A stretch of DNA of 64,000 nucleotides from Tubulanus polymorphus (Eukaryota > Animalia > Nemertea): NCBI RefSeq assembly GCF_964204645.1, contig NC_134035.1, forward strand, positions 6,843,101 to 6,907,100. The letters are read 5' to 3'. This document shows positions 25,601 through 35,800 of this stretch, in pieces. The position numbers and the translations under genes are program-made. The notes below the pieces were generated by a model that saw only the letters and a list, made by a program, of their open reading frames with translations, ran no database searches and was not told where the DNA came from. The number at the start of each line of letters is the position of its first letter. Position 1 is the stretch's first letter.

Positions 25601-28600
25601 AGATCTCTTACATAATTGAACCAAGGGAGACCTACTATTCCTAATAGTTTTCTTGAGCATTTGCAAAAAGTTCTCGAAGGGAAATGATGATAATTTATTT
25701 AGGGAGCATCCAAACTTAATAGAATCATCGCACACATGCATCAGAGAATGGACATTGTATGTACAGAATGTGTCTCCATAAATATGCTGACTTTTTTGGA
25801 CAAAATAAGAAAGAAGGTCTTTAGCAAAGGGCAGAAGTCTGTTTCTTCTTTGGTTATCTGGGTTTAACAAGATCCATGAAGCAATGGATAGCGTTAAAAA
25901 GTGTTCATAAGTTGCAGATGGGATCACATCACGCAATACAATCTGGCCTGTATACAAAAGAAACATTCTATATTCGGTTGCTTTCCATCGTTCTAATTCT
26001 TGGAGCCCTCTAGGCTGACGGGCAAAGTCAGAAGGCATTTTACCACTAAAAGACTCAAGTCTTTCTGAGATAAGCTGAATTTGAGCTTGAGAGAGTCTAC
26101 AGTATCTTGGTCCATTTTTTTGCTTACCAGTCAAGAACAATAACATCCTCTTGGTAACACCCAAACACAATAAATGCATGTAGTCTAGAGGAAAGGCTGA
26201 TATGCAATTGAACCCTATATCTATCAATGGGGACCTTGCCTTTTGATGTTTGTTATACGCACACTCTCTAAACTTCTCATCAGTTCTTAAATCTTTGATC
26301 CGTAAACTATTGAAAACAATTCTGCCTCGGGTATAAGTGCCTTTGGTCTTACATCTTTCACAAGAAAAGTAAGCTGTATGCCCTACTGTACATTTAACGA
26401 AAGATCTGGCAGGAGCATCACATATGAATGCCTTAATTACAACGGTTAAATGTTTTTCAGAGTGGATGATGCCAGATTCCTGTAACTGCTGATATTCAAT
26501 GAGAAAGTCGTTTAGATAGCTATTTACATCATTTGGTTTAGAAATTCCGATCCATAAAGCTATGATAAATGGAACAAAATCCGAGAAGTACGCAAGGATC
26601 GGCCAGCATTGTTTCCGGCTAGACTTAAACAATGGTAGTCCATCGACATTAATCACCAAATCGATAGAGTTATTCTCTTGAATAAATTGTGGATTTGCCG
26701 CTAGACATTGTATCACACCAGTCTTGATACCAAAATATTTGTAGTGGCCCCCACTTAATTCTGTGGTTTCGATGCACTTAGGCCGTTTGATCAAAGTTCG
26801 GCAATCTTTAGGAAGCTCATCAAAACCATGATTTCGCAAAATCTCTAACAATCTATTAAGCGAATACTGCGAACATTTGCTCTCAACTGCCCATGCAGCT
26901 AAATCTTGATGCAAGCTGGTATCAGGATCAAAAACATCATCATCATCATTATCATCCACACCATCACTAGAAAGAGGTTCAGTTTCATCATTACCAGATA
27001 ACACGACATTCTGATCTAACAAATCAGGTTCATTAAACTCTATTTCATGATCAGAGTATTCCTCAGTATCAGAATCAATTGATGATAACTGTAACTCCCC
27101 CTCACTATGAGATAATAAGTTCTCAAGCTGTCTGTCAACAAATCGCCAGCGTCTTTGGCGTCCTGAGGCCATTGAATCAGGATTACTGTAAGAAAATTAA
27201 GAACAAGAAAGTAAATTCTTTACATTGATTTGATATGATTGATAATCCTATAATAAGGACTGAAAGATCTAATCCCAACGAGAGGGATTATATCTTTCGA
27301 GCTTTATTGTATGATTGATTATCATATCTAAGACACTGATAATTGCGTCTAATCAAGGACATATTGACTTCCAGACTGTCAATTTTGCAGAATGGTGTAC
27401 TTCAGTGTGGCTGTAGACTTAAATCGGGGAAGGTTGGTGTTAATTCACTTCCATACCCCCTAATTCTACAGTTATCAGTGCAAAATTAGTCTGAAACATA
27501 AGCCTTGTCTATAGCCTACTAGCGCGTAAACCTGTGTTTGAATGCGGGTTTCCTCGGACCGGGGTTCTGCTTATAATCCGTGTTTGAATGCTGTAGCGTC
27601 TACACACGAGATATCTTACACCTCCATTAGAGTGTATAATAATAGACATTGTTTATTTTGATAACGGCATCCCACATACAGTTCACACGCTTCACATGCA
27701 AAGCCGTGTTTGAACGCGGGTTCCACCATCTACACACAATAAAATCGCAGAGCTCGGTTCGAACGCGGGTTCAAACCCTTCTTTAATTGCAAGGTTTTCA
27801 AAACCCGTCTTTTCGGTAAAATGGCGTGTTTGAAAATAACAAGATTTTATGAAAACTGGGGACGCTGCACGGGCCGCGATTCAAACACTTCAACAACCCT
27901 AACTATGTTGCAATGATACGCATAGACGAGAGCATGGTACAAATTATTGATTGTTGGAAATTACTCAACTGCACGAGTGTTTTCATATTCAAAAACATTT
28001 AATGCATAAAAAGAATTACAACAAGGATTTTAAATTGTGCAGATATAGTGAAAATTACCCATAAACCTGAAAGAAATCTGGGACTGAGTGACATGGGCAG
28101 ATAAGGAGTCGCTCTGCATGGGACGATGATGAAATACCGGTAGAACATTACGAAACCACAAAGTTTTAAAACCCAGAATAGGTAAACAAAAATATCGCCG
28201 GGATGTTTATGAAGGGGTAACCGGGACAACCAGTAAATGTCTGTGACAAATGAATCCGTCATTGTACCGGCGAATCCAGGACGGTTAGTGTTGGCGCAGC
28301 TTTGGACTTCAGGCTTCTAGTAATTTTTTAAGTCAAAGCATGCCCAGAATGAATCATATAGCCTACTCATAACAAACTGAATTGAATAGTAGGCCTACGG
28401 TCACGTGCGGGTACACAGCGTGACAATTGTCAATTATTAGGCCTATAATTTTCAGTAGGCCTATAATTTTTGATTCGCGTTTATAATTCAAATTCAATAA
28501 AATAGATTTTAATTGATATTGAAAAAATTATCAAAAATTTTGATTTACTTAAACCTTGATAGGCCTAAATCTTACGATGAAATAAAAAAATTCATGTGGG

Positions 28601-28858
28601 GTTACTAAACACCGGAAACCGCATTACTAGCGCCGCCTTTTTAATTTTGGCGTGGCAAATATAAATAAATCCGCATGGGATGGCATGCACTGCTGAACGG
28701 CATAGGCCCTAGAGTTGAGGAAACTCAAAATAGGCTCGAACGTTAATCTCCCAATCATTTATAAAAACTGTGTATTAATATTAATTCTTGAACGCCGGGA
28801 TGGCGGTGGATTAACTTACTGTCCTTGATGAGCAAGAAACGTCGCTGTTAGACGCCAT
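19660..28858 (-). CDS. Predicted 10-exon DUF4806-like transposon accessory protein, 402 aa
   Basis: Hand-spliced exons 28858-28820, 24641-24458, 24130-24008, 23236-23174, 22908-22789, 22428-22186, 21501-21332, 21183-21119, 20365-20271, 19766-19660. All introns GT-AG and phase-compatible, total 1209 nt, no internal stop seen. N-term VIPDSW..MWPP..PNSKW; C-term FQRKVL, GGTNFGDFIRRVMQKLMSNKLM.EFSLQGSKGKLVF, YLRYAPDRRGG. Exon 1 is the least certain. Confidence 0.8.
20612..21013. mobile_element. PIF/Harbinger-like MITE in an intron of the accessory gene
   Basis: Inverted ends GCGGTCACAC / GTGTGACCGC and internal TTGGC(T/C)CGNGCCAA palindromes. Confidence 0.6.
21835..22036 (+). repeat. Inverted duplicate of accessory-gene exon 5 with its splice signals (partner 22730-22933)
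   Basis: About 200 bp, one visible substitution (TCA vs TTA codon) apart from T-tract length. Confidence 0.92.
25256..27172 (-). CDS. EnSpm/CMC-type DDE transposase, 638 aa, uninterrupted
   Basis: INVDGLPLFKSS..QCWPIL, ICDAPARSF...GHTAYFSCERC, FPLDYMHLLCLGV, WKATEYR, YNVHSLMH, SSFPFENFL. Confidence 0.93.
   Translation of the reverse strand: MASGRQRRWRFVDRQLENLLSHSEGELQLSSIDSDTEEYSDHEIEFNEPDLLDQNVVLSGNDETEPLSSDGVDDNDDDDVFDPDTSLHQDLAAWAVESKCSQYSLNRLLEILRNHGFDELPKDCRTLIKRPKCIETTELSGGHYKYFGIKTGVIQCLAANPQFIQENNSIDLVINVDGLPLFKSSRKQCWPILAYFSDFVPFIIALWIGISKPNDVNSYLNDFLIEYQQLQESGIIHSEKHLTVVIKAFICDAPARSFVKCTVGHTAYFSCERCKTKGTYTRGRIVFNSLRIKDLRTDEKFRECAYNKHQKARSPLIDIGFNCISAFPLDYMHLLCLGVTKRMLLFLTGKQKNGPRYCRLSQAQIQLISERLESFSGKMPSDFARQPRGLQELERWKATEYRMFLLYTGQIVLRDVIPSATYEHFLTLSIASWILLNPDNQRRNRLLPFAKDLLSYFVQKSQHIYGDTFCTYNVHSLMHVCDDSIKFGCSLNKLSSFPFENFLQMLKKTIRNSRSPLVQLCKRSKEAEQNNTTLFSKKICGFRIANDDKDSAFRLNPSEYAFVKEWNPNGYVCDIVKCQHMDNFYDEPYESCIVDIFFVQRIERICHRRLVDKEQLNSKAVCLPFNDGYVIFPLLHGG
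27525..27890. repeat. MITE-like repeat with recurring GTGTTTGAA(C/T)GCGG motifs
   Basis: Several direct and inverted copies of GTGTTTGAA / TTCAAAC. Confidence 0.45.
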
Positions 28859-31800
28859 ATTGGATGATCAGCTTATTGCAAGGTGTGGTATAATTCAGAT
28901 CTCTCAGTTTCACCTCGAAGACGGCATGTTCTAGATGGGTTCGAATCCTGCTTAAGCTTTTCAAAAAAACTACCAGCATGCTATTTTCTAGCAAATATTA
29001 TACACACAAAATACTCGCACGGTAAAGTAGACACGAAAATAAACAACATAAACTATTTATATGTAGAAAATAAACAAATTTTGAATTACATTGAATCGAC
29101 ATTTAAAAAGCAATGTTTAATCTAGGTTGAATTTTGATCAAAGTGGCAACGGTTGCAAATTGGGACATTGATTCATCATCGTTATCTCAAATATCATAAT
29201 AAAATATGGAATAAACATTGAAATAGAGCTGGTGTCATGGAATCAACGTTGATATCTCAACATGAACATTGAATCAACATTGATTTCAGGTCGCGTGTTT
29301 ACTGGGCACCTCTTTATTTACGGAGAATCCACGTTCCACTGATGCTTGCCCATGCAAAAGCACTAAAACTGTATGGATAACTTTCCAAAGTTTGTCGTAT
29401 TCTGGTTTCCCATGACATTGTTCGTTATAGAATTTATCTAGCCGTGACTCTTTCTTGTTATATTCCTTGTATATAGATGGTCTGCCGGCAACACATTGGT
29501 CTAGAAAGTCGGTGTACTGTCTAGTGACTATATCCACGTCCGTTAGGCTCATCTTAGCATCAGCGAGTGACTAAAGAAATTAAAACATTTTTACTATTAA
29601 TACAGAGAACATTAATTTAAAGCACTCATTAGGAGAATAATATCCCAGGGATAAGAGAGAGGAGAGAGCCAGATGATTGAAAATCTGAAAAACAAAATAA
29701 TTCTAAAAACAAATCCATACCTTAGCTAATCTAGACATTCTATCTATACACTTCACTTGATCTTTTACCATTAGTTTGGGTTGAGACAACTACAATTTTG
29801 AACAAGGGTGAACTTTGAAGGAGCCTTCTCTATTAACTTGTGAGCAAATCTTATGAGGACTTATTGACACTCGTTGTAGAAGTGCAGCTTCGTTGTAGAA
29901 GTGCAGCTTCTGCGATTTGTTCATTTTACTGTTCCTTATCGCCTCCTTTGTTGCTGCACCAACTTGTATCTGAAATATAAATGAAATAAATTATACATCA
30001 ATGAATGATAATTTACAGATAATTATTAAGTATTACAATTATAATTAAAATGCCACTACCATTTTTGGAAGAAGTCGGTTTTTTGAATATCAACCTTCAT
30101 TTTCCGAGACGGCGTCGTAGCATCTTGCATTACACTAGGTAACATAAACTGTAACGTAAGTCCACGTATTATTGAAGATAAATCGTCTGCTAAAAACGGT
30201 ACCATCGGTTTATCTGTCTGTTATGTTTCCAGAAACGGATGAATATCGGAGCTTACAGATAAGAAGAAATGTAACATTGGAACTGTTGTCGCATCTTTAC
30301 TCACATTTAAAACCGATTCCCACGATTTGCATGTTGGTTTCGGTATTTTCTTTTTCATAAATGCGTCCACGTACTGAAGCATCTGGGGCCATAACAGAAT
30401 GGCTCTCTGCGCAACAGGCTTATTTTCTAGCCAACGGTGTTTTACGAATCTAAGTGGAAATAATTCACATGAAGTAAATTTTATCAAATCTTCCCTGTCT
30501 CGCAGGTGAGTCTTTGAATAAATAAAACATGGATGATAACAAATCCTGCACTTTGAAATCAGCGACCGAGAATCCAGTTCCCACAGCGCCATAAACGATG
30601 TGTAAACCACAAGTACCGATATTGAGAAGCGTGTTGTTGTTATCCGTTTTCAACTGGGCTGCAATGTCTCGCTCGAACTTAAGATTAACGTTTGGTCCAT
30701 CCATCGATATCTGTAACAGGTTTCTAAGATTCAAATCCGTAACGGCCGTTTGAAATTCACTCAATAAACCGGCATCACCACCATGGCCCATGAACTGTGA
30801 ACCGTAGTAGCTGGTTAATACGTTATCTGCCGACCAAAAACGAATCCATATACCCATTTGTTTTCGCTGAGAAATTTTATTTAGCGCTTGTCGAACAATA
30901 AGACATAATCATCACAGTTAGTAACCGAACGCTGCAGCATTTTATGGAAATGTGGAGCTAATCCAAAGTTAACTTAACGACACTTGTCTTCATGCATTTT
31001 GTATCCAGATGATATAGCGCTATCAGGAAAGGCTCATCCAAATATATTCCCTTTTCTGTTCATTGAACTGTAAGAGTAGTGATTATCCACAGCATCTAAT
31101 GGTATAAGGATTTCCGCTTTTGATACTTCAGTTCTAACAACTGTAATCACAGATGATGGCGGTTTCGGTGTTGAAGCTTGAATTGCAGTTGACCGACTCA
31201 GAATAAACGGTGTCACCGTAAGACTATTCTGCGTTGACGATTTAAATTCCTCTTCCAATTTTTTGTGCTTGGCACCAGCTTTATGACTTGTATACTCGAT
31301 TTTCCTCCATCGGCAACAGAAAATATTCTATCGCATAATGAACATTTGGCAGAATGTTTATCTGAAGTCTTTGATAACCAGCATTTGAATTGTGGCTGCT
31401 TAAGCCAATTATCCTGAAATTATATATCCTGGAATATTTTTATTTGCTCTACAGAAAATATCATTGACAATTGTGCAAAGTCCGGGAAAAATAGCTTTTC
31501 CTCAAGTCAGATGGATCTCAAGTCGGTATTGAAAAACCAATGAATATTTTTGACATAAGCTATTACCATGTGGGAATGTTATTGTTTACAAGCAAGCATC
31601 TACCAATCGTATTTCCCATAATACATGTGGGGGTGGCAATCACGTTGCAACCCACGCTAATGAAAACCAGTACTGACGGACCTTTGTGCTAAATTCTACA
31701 CTACTACGATATCACGCACGTCTGGTATACAGATGTTTTGAAGATAGACCTATATTGTTTCAGAATTTGGATATAGGTCACATCGAACTGAACTCGATAT

Positions 31801-32727
31801 TGCTGGGTGATGAGTAATCCATCAAAATGTTTTCTCCGGCAAAGCGACGGCCACTAGTTAGATAAATAAATGTTTGCCGTGCTGGCAATTTAAAGGCTGG
31901 TATTCAGTCAGTAATATTCAGCCAATTTTATTTCACATCTGATTTATCATAAATGAATTACTAAAAAGATTTTTTGGACAAGTACGCCATTATTTTATGA
32001 TAAAAATGTACCTGTAGTAGGAGACATCTTGGCTCTGTTCATATGTCAAAAACGCTCTCAGCTGATTATCAAAATGAGGGTCGCTCTCGCTGTCACTCAT
32101 TGACTGCAATTTCTTTCTTTTCAAACACTAAAAAATGAAAATATAAATAACACTTTGAAATTTTTGAAACCAGGAACGAAAACTGGACAGCTCGCTAACT
32201 AAGATCCTGCTGTTAGCCTGAGAGCGTAGTCTGAACACGTTGGCTTTTTTGTACTTACTGACTATGAATATATTCATTCTATTCTTGACGATTAACATGA
32301 ATATGGGTCATGATCGGGTGGGAAGCGGTTACCTGGGCACTGCAGCATCAGGCATGATCAGCTGATGCAAGCTCACAGGATTCCTGCCAAAATTATCAAC
32401 GAACAGCTGAAACAGAGATTGCTGCTCTTGTCAGAATTGCAGCACACATCAACAGACTTTATGTCGTCTCTTTCACTATATCTGTCACTGACATTACAAA
32501 TTGATATATACCACTGAAGACAAATGCATGTTACCCTGAAAAACTTTGAACAGCCAACAATTTGGCAATTATTGAATAACGTGCGAATAGACATGCAAAT
32601 TAAGCTTCGATAATTTAAAATAAAAATTAAATAGTGAAGGAACTACTGAATTAATAGTAATTCCTGACGAAGAGATCCATTAATGTCATTTCATTTTGAT
32701 CAAATTTTTCTATTAATAATTTTTCAG

Positions 32728-32883
32728 TGTTTGCAGCTATTAATTTTGCAAGTCCAACAGAAGGGTCAACAATGTTTTCAATGATATCTGATTATCAGCC
32801 GAACATGCCGATATTTGTGGCTGAATTTTGGTCCGGTTGGTTCGATCATTGGAGTAAACTGCATCACAAGGTCGCAACAGAAG
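32728..32883 (+). CDS. Beta-galactosidase exon (catalytic nucleophile region)
   Basis: ttttcag|..FAAINF..QPNMPIFVAEFWSGWFDHW..TE G|gtaagt. Confidence 0.93.
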
Positions 32884-35800
32884 GTAAGTATTTTGATAAT
32901 TATAGAATATTTGAAATTTTCTGGGGTTCTCTGCTACCTCACAGTAACACTAAGTACGGCATTTTGTTAGTGTATGCAGGCAAGTGTAATGACATTACAC
33001 TTCCCTGGTGCATGTATGTCAGTGGATTAATAAAATGTTTACACATTGATGAATTTGACTCAGCGAGTACATGTGCTACATGTATTGATTCAACGGCAGT
33101 ATACTGCGTGCTACAGTGGCAATTGAGGATTCCATGTATGGCAGGCAAGTTTCCACCAAGTTAGCTAGTAGATAGTTGGTCATCTGCGTTTGATTTCCTT
33201 CCTCATTTCAATTAAATTTGAATGAACTTTTCTCTTAAGTGAATCAATTATTTATGAAAACTATCCCAATCTGCGATCCAAGTCCTGCGATAGTATAGAT
33301 ATAGATTCAGGAGTCTAAAAATCCAGTTCAAAGTTAAATGAAAATGATCTAATTTTCAAAACGAACAACCTACTGCTCTATACGCCATCTGGCGGGATAG
33401 CTGGTCTTGTGGGTACCTCATTGTACTGTTTAGATTATTGGTATTGACATTGACTCTCTGGGACATACGTTTTGACAAATATAACCCACAGAATGCATCA
33501 TTTGCCATTTATGAAAATTCAGCAGGCTGCCCATAGTACCCCTTGTTTAATTTACTCATTTTGTCATAGTTTTATAGAATGAATGATATATCATCCCAAT
33601 TGCTGTTTGACGATAGTAGTGCATTTAGAGCGAGATTAACATTAACAATACTATAATTTGAATTTGGAAGCTAATTCAAAATATTGAAAGAGAAATCAAT
33701 GTTGATTAAAATTATATTAAGATTCAGCGATTCAGTGATTAATCTGTTCAGCAAAGTTTGAACATCAATTAGGGACACCTGTACTGCAGCCACTCCATTG
33801 CTTCAGGGTCTTCTGCATCCTCACTTGCCAGGTTGTGGTTGTCTCCCTCTAAAGCTCGTGTAAACCAAACCCTGACCGCAAACACAAAATTGGTCTAATA
33901 CACTGCCCGAGATTTCTTTGGTAGACAAGTTCCCCGCTCAGTGGCCACCAGTATTTAGATCTAACCAATCAAATCTATGCTTAGCTAAGTTGTTAACTAA
34001 GCAACTTAGCTAAGTTTAGGGTTTTCTGTTTCTTCACAGAAAACCCTATTGATATTCGCGTGATTATTATTATCTTTATTAGGGTTTCTGCTGCTTTCGC
34101 AGAAACCCTCTTGTAATTCTGTTGATTATTAGGCCAGCCGTAGGCTGAGCCTATTACTATACAAATGGAGCGAATTTAAATGACATGGTTTCCACACAAA
34201 AGGCTCTTTTGCTTGCCAAGTGAGGGCATATTCGAACAAATCACGTATTTAAGCTTAATCCATTCTCGGAATCGTAGCGAGCAAAATTTTGAAATAGGGT
34301 CTCATAAAAATGTTTTCTGCATTTTTCACGAAAGTTAAATCGGGAAAATTTCAATTTTTATCAGCCAATCAGGAAGTTGTGTCTTCCCTGTGATTGGTTT
34401 ATCTGAAAATATCAGCAGCTGTTCACGTGAATTATCGCGATTTCATTACTGGCGCTTTTGCGCATGACATCATGTATCAACACGCGACAATACTTCCGCG
34501 TTCGCTACGTGTTCGCTGATTGGCCCATTTACTGGGAAATTCCACAGAAGCCTAATGTGGTTTGTTGCAAGCGCTGTGATTGGCCCGACCCGATTCTGGC
34601 ATGGCTTTAGCTTAGTGGGTTCGAATCCCTTGACGGGTGAAGATGATGGATCCTATCAATATCTATTGAAACAAATAAGTTTCCCGGTTGGGCAGCCGCG
34701 GATATCTACTGGAAGTGTTCCGGTTCGATATTTCGAGGTTTCTTTGAATTTTGGAGTGATATTGAAATCCTGTAAATACCAGCGGTAGATTGTGAAAACC
34801 CATTGCATGATATTTGTATTACTTAATCAACGAAAAGCGTCGGGGCCGCGCCAGGAGTTTTCGTGATTCAAGTAGCGCAATAGCCTACTTCTTCGTGTTC
34901 GTCCACCTCAATTTTCACTCCGCCGATCTCTGACACGGCTCTGTCCCCGTCGGCGCTGTGATTGCACTTTCGTACCACCAAAATTTTTTATTTCTATATC
35001 AGGGAGGTCTGGAGAATAAAAAAGTCAAAATTTGGATATCACATAGGCCTGATTTCATCGAATAAGTCGACCATGGTCGTTACGTTTCCGTACTTATTAC
35101 CACCTAAAACCGTCTGAACAATTTTGTCACAACCAACATTTCGTTTACAGAAATCAGGTGTTCACGTGAATCCGCGGTAGCGGAATTTTTATTTGCTCTA
35201 CAGAAAATTCATCCTTGACAATTGCGCAAGGTTCGCGAGAAAAAGGTTTTACCAAATCGGGTGTATGACCTTGATATGCTAATTAGCCATGTGCCCGAAT
35301 TGCAAATTCAATCAAATTTTATTCTGCCAAAAAATGTTAAATACAATTCGCTTTCCGAGAGTTAATGGTATGCTGCATGGAACAAAGTTGTTTTGAGATG
35401 GGTCTTGAAGCTATTGAGGTCGAGAGATAACCATCTAGATAGTTCGTGAGAGTTCCAAAGTTTTGAAGACGCTTCAAGGTAATATCTTGATATTTGTTTT
35501 ATACGTGTATCTACCCTAGACACATCTTCAGGCCAAAAACTGGCCCTGTCAGATTCAAGATGGCCGACTGGCAGCCATTGTTGTTTGCCAAAATCAGCAC
35601 TTTTTACACATTTTTGAAGTTTTCGAGGGAAATTTTGAAGACACTTTTATCAATAACCTTGATCATTCGTATATATTTGTATCCCCCGAGGGCCCATCGG
35701 CATGACGAAAATTGAGTCGATCGGACTCAAGATGGCCGTACTGTGACCTTTTTTGTTCCCAAAAATGTCAATTTTGGCCTGAATTCTGAGTACTGTAGCT

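Larger units (their letters stand above)
17357..29306 (-). mobile_element. Apparently intact autonomous EnSpm/CACTA (CMC)-type DNA transposon, 11950 bp, two genes
   Basis: TIRs CCCAGTAAACA (17357) and TGTTTACTGGG (ends 29306); 2-bp TSD CA; subterminal CAACATT/AATGTTG-like repeats at both ends; intact transposase and multi-exon accessory gene. Confidence 0.92.
16363..31425 (-). mobile_element. Degenerate intron-containing hAT (hAT5-like) transposon, split by the EnSpm insertion; 5' end missing
   Basis: One TIR-like end CAAGGTTCCTACA with TTCAAGG repeats at 16363; BED-like finger (CSLC...H....KH) at 31265-31420; LQISMDGPNVN, GTCGLHIV, HRWLEN at 30221-30857; HGQASVERGFSVNKE at 29310-29360; last exon VTRTNLSEKTLVSE..VNDHL starts at 17151. 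Confidence 0.85.

Noticed and set aside
32884-33164. Extension of the beta-galactosidase ORF to 33164
   Set aside because: Read-through past the strong donor gtaagt at 32884; GH35 similarity resumes at 45602.
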